The position numbers were made by a program, and so were the translations under genes. Below, in pieces: positions 1 through 10,211 of a DNA stretch of 64,000 nucleotides (positions are counted from its first letter, which is position 1; the number at the start of each line of letters is the position of its first letter). The stretch lies in the NCBI GenBank assembly GCA_951813565.1, contig OX638351.1, forward strand, positions 2,368,001-2,432,000, written 5' to 3'. This DNA comes from an uncultured Poribacteria bacterium (GTDB lineage Bacteria > Poribacteria > WGA-4E > WGA-3G). The notes below the pieces were generated by a model that saw only the letters and a list, made by a program, of their open reading frames with translations, did no database searches and was not told where the DNA came from.

Positions 1-1
1 T

Positions 2-1885
2 CGGCAAGCGATCTTTCTTGTTGCAAACCCATTCGGCACGGAAGGTGGACTGCTAAGAATTCGCATTAAGCATGAATCTGAAAATAGCAAGCACCACCTC
101 GGCCGATTCAGGCTTGCCGTCACAGATGCCCCGACGATCTACCCGATCGGTTCTAAAGTATCGCTTGGGAACTGGCATTCTGCTGGCCCCTTTACCGCAG
201 AACACGGCAACATCGCCTTTTACAATGTTTATGAACCGGAAACCAAACCTGTCAATACAAAGGATAAATTCGCTGTCGGTTCGCAAGAATTGGCGTGGAA
301 ACAGCAGACGCACTGGCAGGACAGCCAGGTGCATAACGACATCGTTGGTGAAAATAGTGCGACATACCTCTATCGGAACATCGCTTCCGAAACCAAACAG
401 AAAGCGACGCTATACCTCAGCAGCAATGATGCGTTGAAGGTGTGGGCAAATCAGATGGAGGTGCTTGCCAGCAATATCCAGCGCGATGCCGCACCTGATA
501 CCGAGAAAGTCCAGATTCAACTTAACCCCGGCAACAATGCCCTGCTACTAAAGGTCGTGAATTATTCGGGGCCATCAGGATTCTTCTTCCGTATGGAATC
601 TGACACACCGATGGTGACAGCAAACATCGTTGACACGATAGCAGTTGAAAGAGGTAAACGCAACGGAGATCAACAGACGCAAATTCGGGAATACTACCGT
701 CGAAATGTTTCAACTGATGAACCGTTGAAAAAACTCTACGCTGACCTCGCTGATACACAAAACAAGAGGAATTCCCTAAACAACTCGCTCACCACGACGT
801 TAGTGATGCAGGAACGATCCGAACCACGCGGTGCGTATGTTCTGGAACGTGGTGCCTACGAGCATCGTGGCGATCAAGTATACCCGCAAACACCGGCAGC
901 ACTACCGGCGATGGTAAAGGGTTCACCACCAAACCGACTTTCACTGGCGAAATGGTTGGTTTCCCGCAAACATCCGCTCACTTCGCGTGTCACAATTAAC
1001 CGTTTCTGGCAAAACATCTTCGGGACCGGTATTGTGAGAACGTCAGAGGACTTCGGCACGCAAGGCACACCACCTACGCATCCGAAACTTCTTGATTGGC
1101 TCGCAACTGAATTCATCGCTTCTGGCTGGGATATCCAGAAAATGCAGAAGCTGATGCTCACATCAGCGACATACCAACAGAGTGCACAGGTTACACCTGA
1201 AAAATTGGAACGCGATGCTGATAACGTGTTGCTCTCCCGCGCACCAAGGTATCGTTTTGATGCCGAAATCGTGCGCGATAACGCACTTGCACTTAGCGGT
1301 TTATTGTATAAACGTATCGGTGGGCCGAGTGTCAAACCGCCGCAACCGGGTGGCCTCTGGAAAGCGGTTGGGTTTACAGGTTCTAATACTGATACATTTA
1401 GGAAAGATTCAGGTGCTGATAAGGTGTATCGCCGGAGTCTCTATACGTTCTGGAAACGAACAGCACCACCGCCGCAGATGAACATCTTGGATGCGCCATC
1501 ACGCGAGGCATGCACAATTCGCCGTGAACGTACGAACACACCAATGCAGGCGTTAATGTTGATGAACGATCCACAGTTCGTTGAAGCGGCGCGGGCATTG
1601 GCAGAACGCACGATTAAAGAGGGGGGGCAAACATCAGAGGAACGAATCGCTTTCATCTTTGAGATAGCAACTGCCCGTGAACCGAAACCAGCGGAAGCCG
1701 CATTGATACTCGAAACGATGCAGGTACATTTAGAGGAATTGAAAGAGGCTCCCGAAGCAGCCAAAGAGTTGATCGCTGTCGGCGAATCGAAACCTGATGA
1801 AAAATTAGATGCAGTCGAAGTCGCTACATGGACGATGATTGCAAACCTCATCCTCAATCTGGACGAAGTCCTTAATAAGGGATAA
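2..1885 (+). CDS. DUF1553 (PSD1)-domain protein, 5'-truncated by window edge
   Basis: Frame is open from base 2. C-terminal motifs HPLTSRVTINRFWQNIFGTGIV, PTHPKLLDWLA, RRSLYTFWKRT and TNTPMQALMLMN are typical of DUF1553. Confidence 0.9.
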   Translation, partial: RQAIFLVANPFGTEGGLLRIRIKHESENSKHHLGRFRLAVTDAPTIYPIGSKVSLGNWHSAGPFTAEHGNIAFYNVYEPETKPVNTKDKFAVGSQELAWKQQTHWQDSQVHNDIVGENSATYLYRNIASETKQKATLYLSSNDALKVWANQMEVLASNIQRDAAPDTEKVQIQLNPGNNALLLKVVNYSGPSGFFFRMESDTPMVTANIVDTIAVERGKRNGDQQTQIREYYRRNVSTDEPLKKLYADLADTQNKRNSLNNSLTTTLVMQERSEPRGAYVLERGAYEHRGDQVYPQTPAALPAMVKGSPPNRLSLAKWLVSRKHPLTSRVTINRFWQNIFGTGIVRTSEDFGTQGTPPTHPKLLDWLATEFIASGWDIQKMQKLMLTSATYQQSAQVTPEKLERDADNVLLSRAPRYRFDAEIVRDNALALSGLLYKRIGGPSVKPPQPGGLWKAVGFTGSNTDTFRKDSGADKVYRRSLYTFWKRTAPPPQMNILDAPSREACTIRRERTNTPMQALMLMNDPQFVEAARALAERTIKEGGQTSEERIAFIFEIATAREPKPAEAALILETMQVHLEELKEAPEAAKELIAVGESKPDEKLDAVEVATWTMIANLILNLDEVLNKG

Positions 1886-1946
1886 TTAAACTTGATGGGC
1901 ACTACTTTTCTGTGGTGTCCATTTCATAACATTATGAAGGTGATAT

Positions 1947-3299
1947 ATGAAATTTTATCACATAACTTTACTTTTATTTTCTCCGCTACTTTTCATTTTG
2001 TTTGAGTGTGAGCCGCTTGAAGAAAAGACTCCAGCACAGCAGTGGGAGAATTTCATAAGCGGACAAAAGGCATTAGGGTGTGAAGTGCTGAGTGTTGCAG
2101 CGTCACAGGTATGGATAGAAGAACATAGGGACGAGATAAGTATTCCAAATCAGATTGTGTTTGGGAAACCGCATCACGTGCAGGATTTCGGTTTTGTGCC
2201 TTATGGTATTATGATAGCAGTTGACGCGAATGATAAACGCCGCGTTATTGCCAGGAAATGGCCTCCAGAAAAAACGCTTCTGAAGGTCGGTGATACACTA
2301 ATACTATTGTTTCCTTTTAATTCTCTATTCCAAAGAGAATTTTCATTTGATAATAGTAAAGAAATTGAAATTGACCCGAATGAGCACTGGAAAAACGTAA
2401 CTTCCAATTTCGTTTTTGAAGCGAAAGAAACAATCGTTCATCCCAATTTTGAAACATTTGCTGATGACAATTTTATATGCACCACTTACATGTCTCCAAA
2501 TGGTGCCACTATTTCATGTAAACTAGATGATAATGGCATAATTGTCACTAAAATCGAGGGATCCGTCTTCAAAAGGAACCACAACCTTTTGTTTGTGTAT
2601 GAGCCGCCTCAAGAAGAGTCTCCACCACCGCCTGGAGTAAAGACACCCGCACAGCAATGGGAACATTTCATAAGCGGACAAAAGGCATTAGGGCGTGAAG
2701 TTCTGAGTGTTGCAGCGTCACAGGTGTGGATAGAAAAACATAGGGACGAGATAAGTATTCCAAATCAGATTGTGTTTGGGAAATCGCATCACGTGCAGGA
2801 TTTCGGTTTTGCGCCTTATGGTATTTATGGTATTATGATAGCAGTTGACGCGAATGATAAACGCCGCGTTATTGCCAGGAAATGGCCTCCAGAAAAAACG
2901 CTTCTGAAGGTCGGTGATACACTAACAACAGCTGGGTTTCCTATTGGTGATCTTGCTCTTGATCTTGATAATTTTGGTAGTGGTTCGGAAGCCGTAGAGG
3001 CCTTCAAAAAGCACTTCGAAAACCAAACTTCCAATTTCGTTTTTGAAGCGAAAGAAACAATCTTTCGTATGGGACTTCCAGTGCCCAATTATAAGCCTTT
3101 TGTAGAAGCAAAATTTGAACAAGCAAAAGCTGAAGAAGCATTTTATAATTCTGTCGCACCCGGTAAATGGACCATTTACATGTCTCCAAATGGTGCCACC
3201 ATTTCATATAATGGTTTCAGGGTTGTCACTAAAATCGAGGGATCCGTCTTCCAAAGCAGCTACGACCTTACGGCAATTGCAACGTCGCTTCTTGAATAA
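1947..3299 (+). CDS. Hypothetical exported protein made of two tandem homologous units
   Basis: 450-aa ORF with hydrophobic N-terminus. KTPAQQWE...KVGDTL, TSNFVFEAKETI, YMSPNGATIS and VTKIEGSVF each occur twice. Confidence 0.75.
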   Translation: MKFYHITLLLFSPLLFILFECEPLEEKTPAQQWENFISGQKALGCEVLSVAASQVWIEEHRDEISIPNQIVFGKPHHVQDFGFVPYGIMIAVDANDKRRVIARKWPPEKTLLKVGDTLILLFPFNSLFQREFSFDNSKEIEIDPNEHWKNVTSNFVFEAKETIVHPNFETFADDNFICTTYMSPNGATISCKLDDNGIIVTKIEGSVFKRNHNLLFVYEPPQEESPPPPGVKTPAQQWEHFISGQKALGREVLSVAASQVWIEKHRDEISIPNQIVFGKSHHVQDFGFAPYGIYGIMIAVDANDKRRVIARKWPPEKTLLKVGDTLTTAGFPIGDLALDLDNFGSGSEAVEAFKKHFENQTSNFVFEAKETIFRMGLPVPNYKPFVEAKFEQAKAEEAFYNSVAPGKWTIYMSPNGATISYNGFRVVTKIEGSVFQSSYDLTAIATSLLE

Positions 3300-3466
3300 C
3301 TTCGGTTTCTGGTTGTATCGCATGATATGCAGGATTAGATTGGATATTGAAGCACCCCTCACAGGTAACTAAAGTATTTTCTGCATGTCGACGTGACAAA
3401 AAATGCAAGAAGTATAGCCAAAAACAAGATAGCACGTATTCATTCATTTGAAAGGAGTATTGCTTT

Positions 3467-4243
3467 ATGAAAAATTTGACTGTAACAATACCAGATGCCA
3501 ACTTAGCTGCTGCAGTGCGAGCTGCACTCGGTTTAGGTTCAAACGATTCTATTCCACAAAAGAAGTTAGCGGAATTGGATAAACTACATGCTGAAGAAAA
3601 AGACATAAAAGACCTAACTGGATTGGAAAAGGCGATAGGTTTAAAAGTTTTAGAACTTGAAAAGAATCAAATCACTGACATCACGCCTATAAGTGGGTTG
3701 ACGCAACTAACTTATGTAGAGTTCTGGGACAATCAAATCAGTGATATTACGCATCTTTCAGGATTAACACAACTCACGAAATTAGGACTTGGCAAAAATC
3801 AGATTAGTGAAATTAAACCTCTGAAGGAATTGACAAAACTCACAGAATTAGGGCTTTGGGACAACCAACTTAGCGATATTTCAGCGTTGGCTAACTTGAA
3901 ACAAATACAGTTGTTAAACATTAGACGGAATCATCTTAGTGACATCAGTCCACTGGCAAGCCTGAAACAGATAACGCATTTATGGCTAAGTGGAAATCAG
4001 ATTAGTGATATATCACCGATTGCTGGCTTAATGCAATTGACACACTTAGCTTTGGATAAAAATCAAATTAGTGTCGTCGGTCCTATAGCGAACTTTACGA
4101 GGTTAACACATTTAAATATCAAAGAAAATCCAATTCAGGATATGGAACCGCTTCGAAAATTACTTGAACAACTACCGGATTTAGAACTGGATATCCCAGC
4201 ACCAGTGGAACTGAATATTCAACCACCACCTGCAAATAAGTAA
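3467..4243 (+). CDS. Leucine-rich repeat (internalin-like) protein
   Basis: N-cap [17 protein letters not shown], 22-aa repeats LxxLxLxxNQISDIxPL, AAGGAG RBS upstream. Confidence 0.92.
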   Translation: MKNLTVTIPDANLAAAVRAALGLGSNDSIPQKKLAELDKLHAEEKDIKDLTGLEKAIGLKVLELEKNQITDITPISGLTQLTYVEFWDNQISDITHLSGLTQLTKLGLGKNQISEIKPLKELTKLTELGLWDNQLSDISALANLKQIQLLNIRRNHLSDISPLASLKQITHLWLSGNQISDISPIAGLMQLTHLALDKNQISVVGPIANFTRLTHLNIKENPIQDMEPLRKLLEQLPDLELDIPAPVELNIQPPPANK

Positions 4244-4293
4244 AGCATAGCAATGTCCAAACAAGCAGCAAACATTGCAAAAGGAGACAAATA

Positions 4294-5772
4294 ATGGACC
4301 CGATTAAAGAATATTTACAACTTGAAACACGCCGCCAATTCTTTGGGAAGTGTGCGACAGGCCTCGGCGGTGCAGCCCTTGCTACACTGCTACCGAGTAG
4401 TATTGTAAATGCTCTCGAACAGCAAGCAGGAACGCGAGTTGGCGGTTTACCACAACTGCCACACTTTGCACCGAAGGCGAAACGGGCTATCTACCTATTT
4501 ATGTCTGGCGCACCTTCGCAAATGGACCTGTTTGACTATAAACCGACGATGGGGGAATGGTTTGATAAAGACTTGCCGGAGACGGTTCGGATGGGGCAAC
4601 GTCTCACCACGATGACTTCCGGACAGAAACGTTTCCCAATCGCACCTTCTATCTTTGAGTTTAAGAAGCATGACAACGGAAGTGATGGCGCATGGCTTAG
4701 CGAGTTGTTGCCCCATACTGCATCTATGGTCCGAGACATCGCTATCATCAAAAGTGTTCATACCGATGCCATTAACCACGACCCGGCTATCACCTTTGTT
4801 TGTACCGGCGATGAAACACCTGGCAAACCGAGCCTTGGCGCATGGCTCAGTTACGGGCTTGGCAGTGAAAATCAAAACCTGCCTGCTTTTATTGTGATGA
4901 ACGCAACATGGAGTGGCCCAAAGGGTGCACAGGCACTTTACAACCGTCTCTGGGGTTCAGGTTTCCTCCCATCAGAACACCAAGGTGTGCTGCTCCGCAG
5001 TCAAGGCGATCCTGTGCTATTCCTCTCAAATCCGAAAGGCATGAGTGAAAAGGGACGCAAACGGATGCTCGACACACTTGTTAAACTCAACGAGGAAATC
5101 TATGAGGAAGTCGGTGATCCAGAAACGCATGCCCGTATCTCGCAATACGAGATGGCATATCGGATGCAGACCTCTGTCCCCGAACTCACGGATCTGAAAC
5201 AAGAATCTGACAAAGTTAAGGAGATGTATGGTCCAGAGGTTGACACACCCGGTACATTTGCCAACTGCTGTATTCTCGCACGTCGGATGATGGAGCGGGA
5301 TGTCCGCCTTGTCCAAATCTTTCATCGTGGTTGGGACCAGCACGGAGACCTGCCCAAAAACATTCGTAATCAGGCTCGCGATATTGACCAACCCGCAACA
5401 GCACTCGTTCAAGACCTGAAACAACGCGGCATGCTTGACGAAACCCTCGTTGTTTGGGGCGGTGAATTCGGACGGACTGTTTATTGCCAAGGCGCGCTCA
5501 AGAAAGATAACTACGGACGAGACCATCATCCGAAGTGTTTCACGCTCTGGATGGCTGGCGGTGGCATAAAAGGTGGCATCGTTCACGGCGAAACCGATGA
5601 CTTTAGCTACAACGTCATCAAAGACCCTGTCTCTGTTCGCGACCTAAACGCTACCATTCTCAATCAACTCGGTATTGACCACGAAAGGTTGACCTTTAAG
5701 TTCCAAGGACTTGACCATCGGTTGACTGGGGTTGAGGAGAAAGCACGAGTTGTCAATGAAATCTTGGCATAA
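4294..5772 (+). CDS. DUF1501 family protein (sulfatase-like fold, Tat-type signal)
   Basis: [56 protein letters not shown]. Confidence 0.93.
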   Translation: MDPIKEYLQLETRRQFFGKCATGLGGAALATLLPSSIVNALEQQAGTRVGGLPQLPHFAPKAKRAIYLFMSGAPSQMDLFDYKPTMGEWFDKDLPETVRMGQRLTTMTSGQKRFPIAPSIFEFKKHDNGSDGAWLSELLPHTASMVRDIAIIKSVHTDAINHDPAITFVCTGDETPGKPSLGAWLSYGLGSENQNLPAFIVMNATWSGPKGAQALYNRLWGSGFLPSEHQGVLLRSQGDPVLFLSNPKGMSEKGRKRMLDTLVKLNEEIYEEVGDPETHARISQYEMAYRMQTSVPELTDLKQESDKVKEMYGPEVDTPGTFANCCILARRMMERDVRLVQIFHRGWDQHGDLPKNIRNQARDIDQPATALVQDLKQRGMLDETLVVWGGEFGRTVYCQGALKKDNYGRDHHPKCFTLWMAGGGIKGGIVHGETDDFSYNVIKDPVSVRDLNATILNQLGIDHERLTFKFQGLDHRLTGVEEKARVVNEILA

Positions 5773-5859
5773 TCATACATATTTACCAATAGGCGTTTGT
5801 AAACACGTCTGTCAACAATGTTAAGAATACACCGCGACACCTGAATTAAGGAGTAAATA

Positions 5860-7338
5860 ATGGACCCGATTAGAGAATATCTTCAACTTGAAACACGCCG
5901 CCAATTTTTTGGTAAATGTGCGATGGGACTTGGCGGTGCAGCTCTCGCCTCAATGCTACCGAGTAGTATCGTCCGTGCCCTTGAACAGCAAGCAGTGCCA
6001 CAGACAGGCGGGTTGCCCGAACTACCACACTTTGCGCCGAAGGCAAAACGAGCGATCTACTTATTTATGTCCGGCGCACCTTCGCAGATGGACATGTACG
6101 ACTATAAACCGAAGATGGGAGAATGGTTTGATAAAGAGCTACCAGAAACAGTGCGGATGGGACAACGTCTCACCACAATGACCTCTGGACAAAAACGGTT
6201 CCCAATCGCACCTTCTATCTTTGAGTTTAAAAAGCATGACAATGGTAGTGATGGCGCATGGCTTAGCGAGCTACTTCCCCATACCGCATCTATGGTAAAA
6301 GATATTGCCATCATCAAAAGTGTTCATACAGATGCGATTAACCACGACCCGGCTATCACTTTTGTCTGTACTGGTGACGAAACTCCGGGAAAACCGAGCC
6401 TCGGTGCATGGCTTAGCTACGGGTTAGGCACTGAAAACAATAATCTGCCCGCTTTCATTGTGATGAATGCTACATGGACCGGAAGAAAGTCCGCACAAGC
6501 ACTCTATAACCGACTCTGGGGTTCAGGATTCCTACCGTCCGAACATCAAGGCGTACTCCTGCGCAGCCAAGGTGATCCGGTGCTGTTCCTCTCAAACCCG
6601 AAAGGTATGAGCGAAAAAGGACGCAAACGCATGCTTGACACACTTGTCAAACTCAATGAGGAAATCTATGAGGAAATTGGCGATCCAGAAACGCATGCGC
6701 GGATTTCACAGTATGAGATGGCATTCAGGATGCAGTCCTCTGTCCCCGAACTCACGGATTTGAATCAGGAGTCGGACAAAGTCAAAGAGATGTACGGTCC
6801 CGACGTCAATAAACCCGGCACATTTGCCAACTGCTGCATTCTTGCCCGTCGGATGATGGAGCGCGATGTTCGCCTTGTTCAAATTTTTCATCGCGGTTGG
6901 GACCAACACGGCAACCTACCGAACGACATCCGAAACCAATGCCGTGACATTGACCAACCCGCAACTGCACTCGTTCAAGACCTGAAACAACGCGGTATGC
7001 TTGACGAGACCCTTGTTGTTTGGGGTGGTGAATTCGGACGGACTGTTTACTGCCAAGGCGCACTCAAGAAAGACAACTATGGACGAGACCATCATCCGAA
7101 GTGCTTTACGATGTGGATGGCAGGTGGCGGCATCAAAGGCGGAATCGTGCATGGCGAAACTGACGACTTCAGTTACAACGTCATTAAAGACCCTGTTTCT
7201 GTGCGAGACCTAAACGCTACCATTCTCAACCAACTTGGTATTAACCACGAAAGGTTAACCTTTAAGTTCCAAGGACTTGATCATCGGTTAACTGGAGTTG
7301 AGGAAAAAGCGCGTGTTGTTAAAGAGATATTGGCATGA
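5860..7338 (+). CDS. DUF1501 family protein, tandem paralog
   Basis: Same motifs and same length (492 aa) as the upstream gene; AAGGAG RBS. Confidence 0.93.
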   Translation: MDPIREYLQLETRRQFFGKCAMGLGGAALASMLPSSIVRALEQQAVPQTGGLPELPHFAPKAKRAIYLFMSGAPSQMDMYDYKPKMGEWFDKELPETVRMGQRLTTMTSGQKRFPIAPSIFEFKKHDNGSDGAWLSELLPHTASMVKDIAIIKSVHTDAINHDPAITFVCTGDETPGKPSLGAWLSYGLGTENNNLPAFIVMNATWTGRKSAQALYNRLWGSGFLPSEHQGVLLRSQGDPVLFLSNPKGMSEKGRKRMLDTLVKLNEEIYEEIGDPETHARISQYEMAFRMQSSVPELTDLNQESDKVKEMYGPDVNKPGTFANCCILARRMMERDVRLVQIFHRGWDQHGNLPNDIRNQCRDIDQPATALVQDLKQRGMLDETLVVWGGEFGRTVYCQGALKKDNYGRDHHPKCFTMWMAGGGIKGGIVHGETDDFSYNVIKDPVSVRDLNATILNQLGINHERLTFKFQGLDHRLTGVEEKARVVKEILA

Positions 7339-7343
7339 TCTGA

Positions 7344-7491
7344 TACCAAATTAACGGAATTCGTCTTGTTTTTCCAGTGTTTTTTCTACTCTTCCGCTCC
7401 AGCGGAGCGGTATGTTTATAGCACGTGGAGTTTTCTGTCTTCCGCTCCAGCGGAGCGGTATGTAAAGACGATGAATCAAATGAATTTGGTA
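7344..7491. mobile_element. MITE-like element carrying two REP-like hairpins
   Basis: Terminal inverted repeats TACCAAATT/AATTTGGTA flanked by TGA on both sides; contains CTTCCGCTCCAGCGGAGCGGTATGT twice. Confidence 0.65.
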
Positions 7492-7545
7492 TGAAACACC
7501 TACTGTTCGGTGAGCTTTTCAAGCGCGCCTACTTTCAAGAAGATA

Positions 7546-8703
7546 ATGAAAAAATTAAAAGCAGTTGTCGTTGGGGCAGGCTGGTCCGCTGAAGGACACA
7601 CAAAAGCGTTTCAACATTACGGTGTTGAAGTGCTTGCTATTTGCGCGCGCAAACCAGATATCGTTCAAAAAGTTGCTTCAGGTTTAGATGTGTCTGATGC
7701 CTCAATTGATTGGCGAAAAAGTTTGTTGGAACATAAGCCAGATATTGTTGCACTTACGACTCCAGCGATTCTACGGACAGAGGTTATTGAATTAGCCGTA
7801 GAACTCGGCTGCCACATCATCTGTGAAAAACCCATGGCGCTTACCGCTGAAGCAGCAGGTCATATCTATAGTCTCATCAAAGACACAGGATTAAAACACG
7901 CCTTCGCCGCAACACATCTATACGATCCGAGTGTTGCTTATGTGCGTCAACTGTTGACGCAGCAAAAAGTCATCGGAGATTTAACAGCCGTTGATATCGG
8001 ATACACCCGCCGAATTCCAGGCGGTCCACCTTCAGATATGATTAAGCCGTGGAATTGGATGAGTTCATTGGCACACGGGGGAGGTGCGTTGAACAATGGA
8101 CTTACACACCGACTCGGCATGCTCGAACGAATGACGGGTATGGAAGTTGTGTCTGCAGTCGGAGAGGCAAAAATCTATCCGAGGAAAGCCCCAGTCGTGC
8201 CAGAGATTCGCGACTTTCGGGTATGGCGAAGTAAGATGATAACCCCCGAAGAAGCATCAAAACTTGAGTGGCGAGCGTGTGATGCAGAATGGGATTATTC
8301 CGCGTTTTTCAAGTTAGGACATCCGAATCCAGATACCGGCAATTCTATCCTTGTGACAATGCGTACACATCCGGGTGTACCTTCACATAAACCCACTGGC
8401 GGTTGGTTTTTCTACGGCACACACGGAACATTGGTTGGAAGGGGTGGACACATTCTATCACCTATCACGAAACATGTCGGTGAGGAAGTTGAAGAGCTAT
8501 CTGTTCCACAGAATTTAACGGACGACCTGCCACAAATCTCGGACGAAATCCAAAACAAGTGGACTGCACTTGTCCGCGATTTCCTTGCGGATATTAAGGG
8601 AGACCCGCACGAACCGTATTTGACGTTCCATGATGGGTGGCGATACCAAATTGCTATTGATGCAATACGGGGAAGCAAAGGATGGGCTCAGATGCTTGAT
8701 TAA
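7546..8703 (+). CDS. Gfo/Idh/MocA family oxidoreductase
   Basis: Rossmann motif VVVGAGWSA and HIICEKPMA; ATG 7546 preferred over GTG 7510. Confidence 0.88.
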   Translation: MKKLKAVVVGAGWSAEGHTKAFQHYGVEVLAICARKPDIVQKVASGLDVSDASIDWRKSLLEHKPDIVALTTPAILRTEVIELAVELGCHIICEKPMALTAEAAGHIYSLIKDTGLKHAFAATHLYDPSVAYVRQLLTQQKVIGDLTAVDIGYTRRIPGGPPSDMIKPWNWMSSLAHGGGALNNGLTHRLGMLERMTGMEVVSAVGEAKIYPRKAPVVPEIRDFRVWRSKMITPEEASKLEWRACDAEWDYSAFFKLGHPNPDTGNSILVTMRTHPGVPSHKPTGGWFFYGTHGTLVGRGGHILSPITKHVGEEVEELSVPQNLTDDLPQISDEIQNKWTALVRDFLADIKGDPHEPYLTFHDGWRYQIAIDAIRGSKGWAQMLD

Positions 8704-8744
8704 GCACGAGAGACGCGCGTTTCATATCATAAGGGAAAATATCA

Positions 8745-9902
8745 ATGTATGAAAAACACGGAGAAACGATTGAAGCGCGCGAATTTCTTGAGGCGTTGGC
8801 AGGCGATGCCTCACACATCTCCCTAAATAATTGTACGATTGAAGGTGTTGTTGACCTCTTTTCTGCTGAACTTGAGCGCGACGAAAATGACCGAATCTGT
8901 ATTGATAAAACACTTTCTTGTATTGGATGCACTTTCAAAAATGTAGTTAATTTTCGAACAACAGTTTTCCAACAAGAAATTTCCTTTCGCCGTTCTGTCT
9001 TTGAGGCAGACCTTGACTTTGACGAAGCTACGATGCAACACCATTGTGAATTTCGAGAGGTTTCGTTCCACAACCGTGCCAACTTTCATAGTGTCACCTT
9101 CCATAAAAGCGTAAGTTTTTGGCGTGCGAAATTTCACAACGTCGCCGATTTCCATCAAGCACAATTCCACGATAACGCTGTTTTCCATGAGGCACAATTC
9201 CAAAAGGAAGCGAATTTTAGCCGTGTCCGTTTCCAACAAACACTCGACTGTACAGGCACGGACTTCGCAGGGGTAGCAGTCTTTAATCGAGCAATATTCC
9301 TCGGTGCCACCCGTTTTACAGCTGCAAAATTTGCTGCTGTCGCCTCCTTTCGCAATGTTCAGTACACCCCCAACACAATCCGTCAATCTATTATCAATAG
9401 GTTTACCAAGAATCGCAAAAATCCGACTGAATTCTATTTAGACAGCCAACATGTGGACGAGGTGGCAAACCCGTTCTTCAAACGGTATGTCGCAGACCAG
9501 CAGTTTATCCGTGCGTTCAACAAAGCGAATCCCATGTTGGCACACTTATGGCGATGGAGTTCCGATTATGGACGGAATTTAGGGCTTTGGGCATTCTGGT
9601 CACTTTTCTTTGCTCTGCTGTTTGCGATAGCATACCTGCCGTACCCATCGTGGTTGCCAGAGTGGATGCAGAATTGGTCACCCCAATTTCATCAAGCAAC
9701 TGGTAAATATAGCGGTGAACCCCTAACATTTTGGAATTCCTTCTATTTTAGCGTTGTCACCTTTACGACACTCGGTTTTGGAGATGTCGTTGCGGACAAT
9801 GCCACAGCACGTCTGCTCGTAACACTGGAAGTTATTTTTGGGTATCTGATGTTAGGTGGGTTAATCAGTATTTTTGCGAATAAATTGGCAAGTCGGAGTT
9901 AG
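8745..9902 (+). CDS. Pentapeptide-repeat protein fused to a 2TM potassium-channel domain
   Basis: A(D/N)FxxAxF repeats; C-terminal FYFSVVTFTTLGFGD selectivity filter with flanking TM helices. Confidence 0.88.
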   Translation: MYEKHGETIEAREFLEALAGDASHISLNNCTIEGVVDLFSAELERDENDRICIDKTLSCIGCTFKNVVNFRTTVFQQEISFRRSVFEADLDFDEATMQHHCEFREVSFHNRANFHSVTFHKSVSFWRAKFHNVADFHQAQFHDNAVFHEAQFQKEANFSRVRFQQTLDCTGTDFAGVAVFNRAIFLGATRFTAAKFAAVASFRNVQYTPNTIRQSIINRFTKNRKNPTEFYLDSQHVDEVANPFFKRYVADQQFIRAFNKANPMLAHLWRWSSDYGRNLGLWAFWSLFFALLFAIAYLPYPSWLPEWMQNWSPQFHQATGKYSGEPLTFWNSFYFSVVTFTTLGFGDVVADNATARLLVTLEVIFGYLMLGGLISIFANKLASRS

Positions 9903-10115
9903 TTTATTTTCGCTATACCCTTAAACCTCTACATACCATCCTTAAATACCGATAACAAGGTGCAGTCTGAATCGGCAGCTTGCACTACAAGATCTCCTGA
10001 ATCATATCCATTTTATCTCAGGTTATCAAGTTTTTGTTAGATTATTTTTCATGTTTGGCACTTAATTGTAAATCGTGTTTTAACATATTTGATTATATGT
10101 ATCAATTCATTTCCA

Positions 10116-10144
10116 TTGACATTCCCTCTCTGTTAGTGTATCAT
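10116..10144 (+). promoter_or_regulatory. Putative sigma70 promoter
   Basis: TTGACA-N17-TATCAT upstream of the ATG at 10212. Confidence 0.6.
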
Positions 10145-10211
10145 AAGAATAAAATACTTTCCAAAGCCAAAATAATTTCACAAAAAATATACAAAACAAT
10201 AGAGAATAAAA

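Noticed and set aside
1998..3270. Diversity-generating retroelement TR/VR pair
   Set aside because: Mismatches between units are not adenine-specific, both units are in one reading frame, and there is no reverse transcriptase in the window. The C-type lectin genes also lack a visible template repeat.
10056..10072. Sigma54 promoter TGGCACTTAATTGTA
   Set aside because: The -12 GC is absent and the spacing is off; a good sigma70 match lies downstream.
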